Assembly (NCBI GenBank): GCA_965216875.1
Contig: OZ244207.1
Location: 3,424,001-3,488,000, forward strand
Reading direction: 5' to 3'
Source of the DNA: Rubripirellula sp.
Lineage (GTDB): Bacteria > Planctomycetota > Planctomycetia > Pirellulales > Pirellulaceae
DNA length: 64,000 bases
The notes under the pieces: generated by a model
What the model was told of the DNA's origin: nothing
Seen by the model: the letters and a program-made list of their open reading frames with translations, nothing else
Databases searched by the model: none
Shown: one piece after another, positions 38,138 through 47,337 of the stretch
How the letters are laid out: each line of letters starts with the position of its first letter
How positions within the stretch are numbered: position 1 is the first letter of the stretch
Program-made: the position numbers and the translations under genes

Positions 38138-38170
38138 AAAAAACCCCGCGGCGTCGTAGCCGCGGGGTTT
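38138..38170 (-). terminator. Intrinsic terminator of prc
   Basis: CCCCGCGGC/GCCGCGGGG stem with A6 on the plus strand (U6 on minus). Confidence 0.8.
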
Positions 38171-38196
38171 CGTTAATGATCGCCATGAAGGATCGT

Positions 38197-40299
38197 CTAG
38201 CCGGCGTGGGCCAAGTTCTGCTTGCGAAGCCCTTCGATGTAGTCGTTGGCAATGTTGATCACTTCGCGGTTGTAGAAATTGTCGCGATAGATCACTTCGT
38301 CTCCCATTTGCCGTTCGAGTTCTTCATCCTCGTCCTGCTTCTGGGCGTCCATCTGCTTGCGACGCGCCATGAACTCAGACTCCTTGAGCGACACAGCATC
38401 TAGGTCCTTCTGGCTCGCATACAGTTCAACCCGTCGAATCAAGTCGGCGAATTCGTCGTCCTTCTCAACTCGTACGATGCTTCGTTGACGAAGCTGGCCA
38501 ATCAAGTCCTGAGGCACCATGCCGTAAACTTCATGGCGTGCCGCTTTGACGGTATCGTGCTCCAAAGCGTATTTCAGGTCGCCTTCACCGATGTCCATCT
38601 TTTGAGTGATGCTGGGCAAAACGATGTCGGCTGAAACACCCTTGCGTTGGGTGCTTTCACCATCAGGCAAGTAGAACTGCTGAAGCGTCACTTTCAGTGC
38701 ACCAAAGTTCTTGCTGTCGCTGTGGAAGAGCTGTTTTCCCAGGTCCATCAAAGTTTGAACGGTACCCTTACCGTGGGTCGCGGGATCACCGACGACGATG
38801 CCGCGGCCGTAGTCCTTGATGGCACCCGCAAAAATCTCGCTGGCACTTGCACTGAACATGCTGGTCATCACAACCAAAGGACCGTCCCACTGCGTTCCAC
38901 CCGATTCATCCGAGTACTGCTGGACGGAGCCATCCGAGTTCTTGACTTGAACCACGGGACCACGATCGATGAACAATCCGGTCAGGTTGATCGCTTCGTT
39001 GAGACTACCGCCACCATTCTTGCTGAGGTCAAGAACGATGCCGTCGATGCCCTTGGATTTGAAATCTTGAATGATGCGACGAACGTCGCGTGTGCTGCTT
39101 CGGAAGTTGCCGTCCCGATTGCGTTTGGCACCGTCCATGTCCAAGTAAAAGCTCGGCAGGTTGATGTAACCAATCTTGAACGACGGGCCATTCTCGACCT
39201 CGCGTTCGATGATCTCGCCGCGAGCTGCTGATTCTTCAAGCTCAATGCGAGCACGGACAACTTTGTAGACCTGGACGTTGCCTGCTCCACCCGGTTTGAC
39301 GCCCAAGCGAACGGTCGTCCCCGCTTTGCCGCGAATCAAATCCACGACATCGGTTAGCGGCATCTCAACGATGTCGACCATCTCGCCATCGTATCCCTGT
39401 CCAACACTGACGATCACATCGTCACTCTTGAGCTTGCCGTGTTTTGCCGCAGCACCACCGGGAATGACGCGAGTGACAACGGTGTTGCCATCTTTCTCGC
39501 GAAGTTGAGCACCGATTCCGTCAAGGTTCAGGCCCATCGTGATTTTGAAGTCTTCCAGCGAACCGGGCGACATGTACGTCGAGTGTGGATCGTAACCAGT
39601 CGTGACGGCGGTCAAATACAACTCAAGCAATGCATCGCTGTCGGTCTTCTTCCAGCGGCGAGAGTAACGAGCGTAGCGTCGACGAAGCAGGTCAACCGCC
39701 TCGACTCCTTCGGTTCCCTCGTCCTTCAGATCAAGCATGGCATACTTGATCTGACGGCGCCAGCGATCACGAGCCTCTTCAGGCGTCGTCGCGTAGCTGG
39801 CTGCTTCCGGATCAATAATGATTTTCTCTTCTTTGTCGAAATCGAATTCCGTATCGAGCAACTCTTGAGCCATGGCGACTCGTTCATCCACACGCTCGAT
39901 AAAGCGACCAAAGATGCTGTAGGCCAGTGACAGGTCGCCAGCCAAAACCATGTCGTCGATATCGGTTGCCTTCTTCTCAAACTCCTCGATGTCGCTCTTG
40001 TAGAAGTAGAGCTTCATTGGATCGAGGTTGTTGATGAACAAACCAAAAGCACGCTCGCTAATGGTGTCATCAAGGCGTTGTGCCGAGATGTGATTCTTGG
40101 GCATCAAATTGGCAATCACCTTGGCGATCACTCGGTCTTCGATGGTCGGTGCCGCAAGCTTCAGTTCGTCCGACGTCGCTTGCCTTGGCATGACCGACGC
40201 GGCGACGATTAATCCAACCAAGCACACAGCCGCTACCCGACTGAGGGGTGATGTGGTAAGCCAGCGTGACGCATGAGTGGCTCGCGAAGTGCTGTCCAT
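38197..40299 (-). CDS. prc: Carboxy-terminal processing (tail-specific) protease, S41
   Basis: YDPHSTYMSP, GIGAQL PDZ, LDLSKNGGGSL, SASASE, GKGTVQ. Confidence 0.93.
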   Translation of the reverse strand: MDSTSRATHASRWLTTSPLSRVAAVCLVGLIVAASVMPRQATSDELKLAAPTIEDRVIAKVIANLMPKNHISAQRLDDTISERAFGLFINNLDPMKLYFYKSDIEEFEKKATDIDDMVLAGDLSLAYSIFGRFIERVDERVAMAQELLDTEFDFDKEEKIIIDPEAASYATTPEEARDRWRRQIKYAMLDLKDEGTEGVEAVDLLRRRYARYSRRWKKTDSDALLELYLTAVTTGYDPHSTYMSPGSLEDFKITMGLNLDGIGAQLREKDGNTVVTRVIPGGAAAKHGKLKSDDVIVSVGQGYDGEMVDIVEMPLTDVVDLIRGKAGTTVRLGVKPGGAGNVQVYKVVRARIELEESAARGEIIEREVENGPSFKIGYINLPSFYLDMDGAKRNRDGNFRSSTRDVRRIIQDFKSKGIDGIVLDLSKNGGGSLNEAINLTGLFIDRGPVVQVKNSDGSVQQYSDESGGTQWDGPLVVMTSMFSASASEIFAGAIKDYGRGIVVGDPATHGKGTVQTLMDLGKQLFHSDSKNFGALKVTLQQFYLPDGESTQRKGVSADIVLPSITQKMDIGEGDLKYALEHDTVKAARHEVYGMVPQDLIGQLRQRSIVRVEKDDEFADLIRRVELYASQKDLDAVSLKESEFMARRKQMDAQKQDEDEELERQMGDEVIYRDNFYNREVINIANDYIEGLRKQNLAHAG

Positions 40300-40697
40300 A
40301 GTCGATTCCTGATTCGGATTTGATTTCGATATTGCGGCCGTTTTCGACCGAAAGGGCGTGAAATTGGGAAAACTGGCCCAGTTTTACCGCCCAGATTTTG
40401 CCCGCCAAATAGTAGGGAAGCGTCAAAATCGGGGCAATGTCGTTTCCTGTCCCAGTTTAACACAATGCGCTATTGGTTGGACTTTTCCGCAGCTCAGACC
40501 ACCCTAAAGTGGCGTTAATTCGCGGCGATCCGCCACTAGCCGGTCACACGAGCCGGCCGCCAGAATGCGGCTGACACACCCACCAGCTCATCTAGCCCCG
40601 CCATCCAAGTGTCTTCGGGTGACAAGTGAATTGGAGGCGGTGTGTCCTCTGCCGCCTCTGCCACGAAGGCCGATGGCGATATGGGGGAATCGAAGGG

Positions 40698-41393
40698 TCA
40701 CCTTGAGTAGACGGAATCGACCGCGGGTTGCCCGGTGTAATTTGGGCCGACATTGTCGTCGGCGCCAACGTACGACCATCCCAAGTCACACCGCCCCGGG
40801 GGCCCCTCGCAACGTATCAATCGATGGCGATTGTCATAGGAAACCCCGACGTCTTTTAAGTTCTTGGCAACCGTTCGGCCTGCTGGACGCCCATCGGGAA
40901 ATCGAAAATTTGCCAGATCGAGATGGGCCAGGAAGATGCCGTCGTCCGCCAAGCAGTTGGCCATTCGATCAATCGCGCCAAGCTTGTCGCCGATGTAGTG
41001 CAAGCCGTGAACACACGTCACGAGATCGTATGTATGCGATGGATCCCACGCTTCAATCGGCAGTTTTCTCAGAACCACGCCTGCCGCTCGCGCACTGGAC
41101 GCGAAATGACCTGCGAGATCGATTCCTTCAATCACATATCGACGCGCATCGCCACGTGATTCAATCTCGGTTGCAGCTTCCGCCAACGCGAGTCCCGTCC
41201 CACAGCAGACGTCGAGCCAGCGGACGGTGGCCTGATCACGACGAGCAAGCAAGTAGGCAAGCACATCGAATTTCAACTCGTAGCTATACCCGTTGGTTCC
41301 GGTACACCGACGCTCACGGTTCATCGCACAATTGGCCACAACCGAAGAGGCATGGAGCGCCGCGTCATCCAGGATTGGATTCTTATCAGTCAT
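40698..41393 (-). CDS. Class I SAM-dependent methyltransferase
   Basis: ATG 41393; WLDVCCGTG motif I, EGIDL, YDLVTCVHGLHY. Confidence 0.85.
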   Translation of the reverse strand: MTDKNPILDDAALHASSVVANCAMNRERRCTGTNGYSYELKFDVLAYLLARRDQATVRWLDVCCGTGLALAEAATEIESRGDARRYVIEGIDLAGHFASSARAAGVVLRKLPIEAWDPSHTYDLVTCVHGLHYIGDKLGAIDRMANCLADDGIFLAHLDLANFRFPDGRPAGRTVAKNLKDVGVSYDNRHRLIRCEGPPGRCDLGWSYVGADDNVGPNYTGQPAVDSVYSR

Positions 41394-41420
41394 TGCCCTG
41401 GGCAGGAGAGCGGGAGGTTG

Positions 41421-41553
41421 AGCCACAGAGATCACCGAGAACACAGAGGAATGACATCGACTTCCCTCTGTGTGCTCTGTGCTCTCTGTGGCTTGTTCTA
41501 CAAAATGGGTCAGCTGGCGAGTCGTTATCCCACGCTCTGGCAAGCGTCGCGAC
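41421..41553. repeat. REP-like inverted repeat plus a degenerate GTAGCTAC-family arm
   Basis: AGCCACAGAGA..ACACAGAGG / CCTCTGTGT..TCTCTGTGGCT; CCACGCTCTGGCAAGCGTCGCGAC at ~41530. Confidence 0.7.
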
Positions 41554-41577
41554 GGGAAGTTTCTTCCGCCCGTATTT

Positions 41578-41826
41578 TTACTCGCTGCGTGATCGGTATT
41601 CGGCGCGTTGGCGGGCGTACTCGTCCTGGCTCGGCAGCGAAGCATCAGCCGGATCGGCTTCCTGCATCAATCGCTCGAGAAACGGACGGCACCAGCCGCA
41701 CCCCGTTCCGGCACCGTAGCACTCCGAAAGTTGACTTGCGACTTTGGGTCGATTGGCCCGGATGAATTGAACGACCTTCCGTCTACTGACGTGAAAGCAG
41801 AGACACAGATCCTCGTCGTCGTTCAT
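41578..41826 (-). CDS. BFD-like [2Fe-2S] protein
   Basis: LCLCFHVS...GAGTGCGWC. Confidence 0.88.
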   Translation of the reverse strand: MNDDEDLCLCFHVSRRKVVQFIRANRPKVASQLSECYGAGTGCGWCRPFLERLMQEADPADASLPSQDEYARQRAEYRSRSE

Positions 41827-43001
41827 TGCGCACCCTCAGTCACCAACCAAGTCGCCACTTGGCAAGCATCCAAGTAATCTTTGATGACCAAGTATTCAAC
41901 CGCCGAGTGGATCTCGCGTTGCCCGCATCCAAGTGTGACCGCCGCGATCCCATGTCGGAAGAGCCAGTTGGCATCGAGGCCACCGTTTGCGACTTCGACA
42001 AACGGATCTCGTCCGATTTCTTTGAGCGCTACGGATGCGGCTTGGATCGACGGATGGTCTGCGTCAATGGCAAAGGCTTCGTAGTCGACATGCGACTCGA
42101 ACCGAAGACTTCCGCATTGCCCCTCGTCGTTGGTCACCGCCTTAGCGGCTCGCTCGAACGCCCCCTTCATTTCGGCGACGATGCGAGATCGCATCTCCGG
42201 ATCGCGGCTTCTTGCCTCAGCACGCAAGAGCACACTGGGGGTAATGACGTTGGTCGCGTCGCCACCTTCGATGACACCGACATTCGACGTTCCCGTTGAT
42301 CCGTCTTTGGCGACTTGGCCGAGCCATCCGCCGGCATCAAGTTCCGCAATCGCGCGCGAAGCCATGATGATGGCGCTAGCACCTTTTTCGGGGGCAACGC
42401 CAGCGTGGGAAGGAATACCTGTCAATTCAATCTCGATCCGTTCTCCCCCCGTCGCTCCGCTGGTGATTTTCTCGACCGTGCCACCGTCAAAGTTGAAGGC
42501 TCGGTCGATGTCACCCACCTTGCTGACGTCGAGGTGGCGTGCCCCTTCCAGACCAATCTCCTCTTGGATGAAAAAAGCGATCACAGCGGGCGGAAAATGC
42601 TCGTCACCCTTTCGAAGCCTCTCGATCGCCGCGGTCAGGATCGCGCTGCATCCACTTCGGTCATCGGCACCAAGGCCCGTATCGACCCCGCTTCGCACGA
42701 CGTCACCATCGACGACTGGTTGAGAGCCGACGCAAATCGGAACGGTGTCCATATGAGCCGACAACATCGTCCGCGGCCCCTGACCATTGCCCGGAAGGGT
42801 GACGATCAAGTTCCCGCAATTGCCCGAAAGCCGCGTTCGTTGCTCGGCTCCGTCAAATTGCATCTGAGAATCACCAACCCCCGCCGCTTTAAGCAACTCA
42901 ACGATTTTCTCGGCCACCGCAGCTTCATCGCCACTGCCGCCAGGTACCGCCGTCACGGTCAAAAAGCGTTCCAACGCTTCGTCTCGATTGATCTCGCCCA
43001 T
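41823..43001 (-). CDS. M20 peptidase (peptidase T-like)
   Basis: SAHMDTV, LGADDRSG, QEEIGL, SHAG, GGLDAN, EIHS. Confidence 0.9.
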   Translation of the reverse strand: MGEINRDEALERFLTVTAVPGGSGDEAAVAEKIVELLKAAGVGDSQMQFDGAEQRTRLSGNCGNLIVTLPGNGQGPRTMLSAHMDTVPICVGSQPVVDGDVVRSGVDTGLGADDRSGCSAILTAAIERLRKGDEHFPPAVIAFFIQEEIGLEGARHLDVSKVGDIDRAFNFDGGTVEKITSGATGGERIEIELTGIPSHAGVAPEKGASAIIMASRAIAELDAGGWLGQVAKDGSTGTSNVGVIEGGDATNVITPSVLLRAEARSRDPEMRSRIVAEMKGAFERAAKAVTNDEGQCGSLRFESHVDYEAFAIDADHPSIQAASVALKEIGRDPFVEVANGGLDANWLFRHGIAAVTLGCGQREIHSAVEYLVIKDYLDACQVATWLVTEGAQ

Positions 43002-43157
43002 CCTTTGATCCTTTGTATTTCGTCCCAGCTCGGTCTCCGCGGTCGTTTTGACCGTTTGCCGAACCGCGATTCAGGGTTAAACTTGCCAGCTTGGATGTTT
43101 GCTTCGGCCCCAACGATGGAAGGGCCATCCGTGTGATCTTGATAAAGCTGCTGTCTC

Positions 43158-44258
43158 GTGAACCTGCCGGTCGTTGATTCCGATTCCTCTGCGAATGGTT
43201 CGGAAGTGGATCCGCGCCGACACCTTCTAGATTGTACGGCAGTCGAGCTGAAGCAGTGGTTCGTTGAGCAAGGGCAACCCGGTTTTCGTGCCGGGCAAGT
43301 GCTGGAATGGGTTTACCAGAAGCGGCAATCCGATTTTCAGCAAATGAGTAATCTGCCCAAAAAGGTGCGGCAGCTTCTCGATGAACACTTTCGCATCTTT
43401 ATCGCCCAAGAAGCCGTCGCGGTGACGGCCGGCGATGGCACCGACAAGATACTTGTGCGGTTAGTCGATGGTGGTGAAGTCGAATGCGTGCTGCTGCGTG
43501 ATGGACCGCGGCGAAGCATTTGTGTCAGCAGCCAAGTGGGTTGTGCGATGGGTTGCGTCTTCTGCGCGAGCGGGCTGGATGGCGTTGACAGAAACTTGAC
43601 CCGCGGCGAAATCTTGGAGCAGATGCTCCGCTTGCAAGCACGCTTGCCCGAGGACGAACGCCTTAGTCACATCGTGATGATGGGCATGGGCGAACCGCTT
43701 GCCAACCTCGATCGCGTCCTCGCCGCACTCGACGTTGCCAGGTCCCCAACCGGACTCGGAATCAGTCCGCGTCGAATCACGATCAGTACCGTCGGTTTGC
43801 CGCCTTCGATTGATCGACTCGGAAATCAAGGCGTGCCCTACAACCTTGCTGTCAGCCTGCACGCACCAAACGACGAGCTGCGCAGCGAACTGGTGCCCGT
43901 CAATCGAAAGATTGGCATCGATGCGGTCTTGGCTGCGGCTGACCGTTACTTTGAATCAAGTGGTCGCCGGCTCACCTTCGAATATGTCTTGCTTGGCGGC
44001 GTGAACGACTCCGAGGGCCACGGCAAAGAGCTCGCGTCGGTGCTTCGACGCCGAAGCAGCGTGTTGCTTAACGTCATTCCCTACAATCCTGTCGAAGGAT
44101 TGCCCTACGAGACTCCGTCACCCGAATCGGTCAAACGGTTTCGCGAGATCCTGGAAACCGGCGGCATCAACGTCAAGTTTCGACAACGCAAAGGTGACGA
44201 AATCGACGCGGCCTGCGGCCAACTGCGCCGCAAACGTGGCAACTCAACCTGCAATTAG
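43158..44258 (+). CDS. rlmN: 23S rRNA m2A2503/tRNA methyltransferase
   Basis: CVSSQVGCAMGCVFC, MGMGEP, AVSLHAP, AACGQL. Confidence 0.95.
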   Translation: MNLPVVDSDSSANGSEVDPRRHLLDCTAVELKQWFVEQGQPGFRAGQVLEWVYQKRQSDFQQMSNLPKKVRQLLDEHFRIFIAQEAVAVTAGDGTDKILVRLVDGGEVECVLLRDGPRRSICVSSQVGCAMGCVFCASGLDGVDRNLTRGEILEQMLRLQARLPEDERLSHIVMMGMGEPLANLDRVLAALDVARSPTGLGISPRRITISTVGLPPSIDRLGNQGVPYNLAVSLHAPNDELRSELVPVNRKIGIDAVLAAADRYFESSGRRLTFEYVLLGGVNDSEGHGKELASVLRRRSSVLLNVIPYNPVEGLPYETPSPESVKRFREILETGGINVKFRQRKGDEIDAACGQLRRKRGNSTCN

Positions 44259-44291
44259 CTCCCGCCGTAGCGACGCCGAAAGCAGCAGCTT

Positions 44292-45887
44292 CTAGAGCGG
44301 GAACTCTTCGATTTCGCCGTAGAGTGGCATGTAGCGGTAATACACTTCCAGGATCATCGCGCACATTGCCGTCGTGTAGAGTCGACCGCCGACGTCGCCC
44401 CAACGGTCTTTGAAGTGCCAACTACCGCGTTCATGTCCCGTCTTGGCCTGTTTATCAACAAGGAAGTCGCGTAGCTGGGAATTCCAGTCGTCCCAGTAAG
44501 GGTGCTGGGTGTGGTGCAACGCGAGTGTCGCGTAGTAGTCGTGGTAGACGTTGGTGAACTTTGGCCCGCGCGCCGCCATGTCGGTGATCGCGTTGAAGAA
44601 CGGAGTGTAGTGAGGCGATTCACCCAGGTAGAGCAAGAGCGTCAGCCCGATCGCAGTGGTCGTGTCTTCACCTGGCGGATGCTGGTAGCCGAACGAGTAC
44701 TCGTCCTTTTCTGATGTCGAAAGAATGAAGTCTCGCGCATTGTGCAGCGTGTATGTCTTCATCGGCGCGTCGCTTCGCTTGGCGGCGACTAGCGACAATA
44801 CCTGCCAACCGGTGAGGGTGGTGTCGCCAGGGCTTCCAGGAACGTAGCCCCAGGATCCATTGTTGTGTTGGGCCACGGCCGTAAACCAAGCTGCGCGGTG
44901 CACAAGATCAACCAGATCGCGATCTTGCTTCTCGCCGTCGCTCGTCATCGCCAACGCCTCGGCCAAGGCCATCACAGCGATCCCATGCCCGTACATGCTG
45001 CCGCGTTGGAAATCGTATCCCGCTTCGGTTTCACCTGCTGCGGCGCGCAGGTAATAGATCCCCCGTCGAACCGTTTCCTGATACGGTCCGGCTTTGTGAT
45101 GTGTGTGTCCAGCCCCAAGGAACGCCAACAACGCCAAGCCGGTCGCACCGGTCACAGGCGTGGGAGTGTCGCCCGTTTTCTTACTGTGGCGGCAGCGCCC
45201 GTTGCAGGGCTCGAGATTCAGATTGAAAGACCAACTGCCGTTGGGTTGCTGGTGATCGGCGAGCCAACGTAGCGCTTCGTCGACCGCCTTTTCACTCTCA
45301 ATCGTTGCGCCATGTTTGCGGCCATACTTCTTGCGTCCTTCCGCCGTGCGTCCTTCGAGCCCGCCCTTCGGTAGGCGAAACTGATTGGGCTTGGCCTGGT
45401 CGCCTCCGCCCGCCTTGAGCATGGCGATCGTTGCTGGCGAGAGCGTGCTGTTCTGGGGCTGATCCAGCGGCGATGTCACCTCGCTGGAAACCAACGGATT
45501 GAGTGCGACCTGAACAGGCAGCGGCGCCAACGAAGTATCGTCTGATTCGGGCTGCAATTGGTCTGCCGCATCAAGCGACAACGTGTTACTTGGCTCGCCG
45601 CGACGACCTTGCAGATGGCTGCCCGATTCCCCGCGTCCCTGATAAGAAAACAACGCGAGGATGACAAACAAAATCGTGTGAACGATTAAGCTGACCAAAC
45701 CAGCCGGCACACGTTCGCCTTTGCGAAAACGGCCTGCACGTTTTTCGGGCGGAGGGTCCGATTGTGCGGAAGCTGATGCCCGATTGCCGGGCATATCCCC
45801 AGTCGCCACCGAAGCCGGACTTGCCGACGGCGTCGCTGCAGCAGTCGACGGTGGGATCGTTCCGGTCATTTCAGATTTACGGGCCAC
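44292..45887 (-). CDS. Membrane-anchored prenyltransferase/squalene-oxidase-repeat protein
   Basis: TM SLIVHTILFVILA; QW-like repeats WLADHQQPNGSW, AQHNNGSWGY; C-term GGRLYTTAMCAMILEVYYRY. Confidence 0.82.
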   Translation of the reverse strand: MARKSEMTGTIPPSTAAATPSASPASVATGDMPGNRASASAQSDPPPEKRAGRFRKGERVPAGLVSLIVHTILFVILALFSYQGRGESGSHLQGRRGEPSNTLSLDAADQLQPESDDTSLAPLPVQVALNPLVSSEVTSPLDQPQNSTLSPATIAMLKAGGGDQAKPNQFRLPKGGLEGRTAEGRKKYGRKHGATIESEKAVDEALRWLADHQQPNGSWSFNLNLEPCNGRCRHSKKTGDTPTPVTGATGLALLAFLGAGHTHHKAGPYQETVRRGIYYLRAAAGETEAGYDFQRGSMYGHGIAVMALAEALAMTSDGEKQDRDLVDLVHRAAWFTAVAQHNNGSWGYVPGSPGDTTLTGWQVLSLVAAKRSDAPMKTYTLHNARDFILSTSEKDEYSFGYQHPPGEDTTTAIGLTLLLYLGESPHYTPFFNAITDMAARGPKFTNVYHDYYATLALHHTQHPYWDDWNSQLRDFLVDKQAKTGHERGSWHFKDRWGDVGGRLYTTAMCAMILEVYYRYMPLYGEIEEFPL

Positions 45888-45979
45888 ATCGAGGTCTCTT
45901 CTAACTCTCGACTATAGCTCGCAGAAGCCCTAAACGCCCGGAATTGCTGACGATGCCGCCTTCTTGCGGCCAAATTCCA

Positions 45980-47272
45980 CTAGGCGAGCAACGCCTCGAT
46001 CGGGTCGCCATCGCCACCGATTTTGAAGGGGCGTCCATTCGGAGCAAAACGCTCTTTGTCCAGCGGCAATCCAGCGGCTGCGGCGATCGTCCGATTGAAA
46101 TCGGCGACCGACACACCGTCCTTGGACACGTAAGTACCGGTCGGATCCGATTCGCCGTAAACCTGGCCGCCTTTGATTCCTGCTCCGGCCAAGAGACTGC
46201 AGAACGCACCAGGATGATGATCGCGTCCGCCGTTGACGTTCAATTTAGGTTTGCGCCCAAACTCGGTGGTCAGTACCACCAGGGTTTCATCGAGCAAACC
46301 GTTGGCGTGCAGGTCACGAAGCAGATTACCGAGCGCGTTGTCGAGATTTGTCGCACGTTCATCAAGTCGCGAGTAGATCTCTTGGTGCATGTCCCAGCCA
46401 CCGTAGGTCACCTCGACAAACCGCGCACCACTCTGGACTAATCGTCGGGCCAACAAACAGGCCTGGCCGATCTGGCTCTTCCCATACGCATCAAGAATTT
46501 CCTTCTTCTCTTCCTTGATGTTGAACACCTTCAAGTGTTCGCTTCCCATCAAACGTTTGGCTTCACCGTAAAGCTGGTTGTAAGCTTCAACGCGATTGTT
46601 CTTTCGGGTCGCTTGAAAGGCTTCATCAAACTTGGTCGCCAAGTACAAACGCCGATCGAACAATTCAGGCGGCAGGTATTTTGGCAGCTTGGTGTTCTTG
46701 AGGCCTGAACCGGCATTCGCGATCGGCACCGGCGAAAGCGACGGCTCCAAGAAACCAGCCCCCGGGTGTCGGTTGCTGGCACCAATCAAAAAGTTGCCGG
46801 GCAGCTCTTTGTTCTTACGTCCTTTCTCGGAAACCATCCAAGCGCCCAACGCAGGATGCTCGATGCTATTGAGCTTCTTATAGGAAGTACGCATTAGGTA
46901 CTTCCCTTTGTCGTGTGCGCCGGTCTCGGTGCTCAACGATCGCACCACCGAGATCGCACCAGCCAAATAGGCGAGTTTGGGGAACCGGTCGCCGTACTGA
47001 ACGCCAGCCACACGGGTCTGAATCGGCTTCGTTTCCCCCGCCTCTTCGACACCCACCTTGGGATCAAAGGTATCGAGATGAGTCATAGCGCCATCCATGA
47101 ACAGGTAGATGACGTGTTTCGCTTTTCCACTCGGCGGAGCCGCAATGACCTCGGCATCGCCGAACAGGCCGCCAGATGCAATCGATCCCGCAAAGCTCAC
47201 GCCCAGCGTTTTATGGGCAACCGATTTCATGAAGTCGCGACGATCTTCGCCACTGAATTCAGGTCGTGCCAT
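45980..47272 (-). CDS. DUF1501 protein (Tat-exported)
   Basis: DRRDFMK Tat motif; KHVIYLFMDGAMTHLDTFDPK, LLARRLV, GWDMH, TEFGRKP, GRDHH. Confidence 0.9.
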   Translation of the reverse strand: MARPEFSGEDRRDFMKSVAHKTLGVSFAGSIASGGLFGDAEVIAAPPSGKAKHVIYLFMDGAMTHLDTFDPKVGVEEAGETKPIQTRVAGVQYGDRFPKLAYLAGAISVVRSLSTETGAHDKGKYLMRTSYKKLNSIEHPALGAWMVSEKGRKNKELPGNFLIGASNRHPGAGFLEPSLSPVPIANAGSGLKNTKLPKYLPPELFDRRLYLATKFDEAFQATRKNNRVEAYNQLYGEAKRLMGSEHLKVFNIKEEKKEILDAYGKSQIGQACLLARRLVQSGARFVEVTYGGWDMHQEIYSRLDERATNLDNALGNLLRDLHANGLLDETLVVLTTEFGRKPKLNVNGGRDHHPGAFCSLLAGAGIKGGQVYGESDPTGTYVSKDGVSVADFNRTIAAAAGLPLDKERFAPNGRPFKIGGDGDPIEALLA

Positions 47273-47337
47273 GGTGGATATTCTCCGGAAAAGTCTTGGT
47301 TGATTGAGGAGTGTTTGGTGTGGTGGCTTGGTCAGCA

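Noticed and set aside
34442..38252. Small ORFs with VATFARRW/HALASVAT-type repeats (34442..34792, 37822..38130, 37974..38252)
   Set aside because: Translations of REP clusters, not credible genes
44292..45887. Calling this a squalene-hopene cyclase
   Set aside because: No DXDD motif and only about one barrel's worth of sequence
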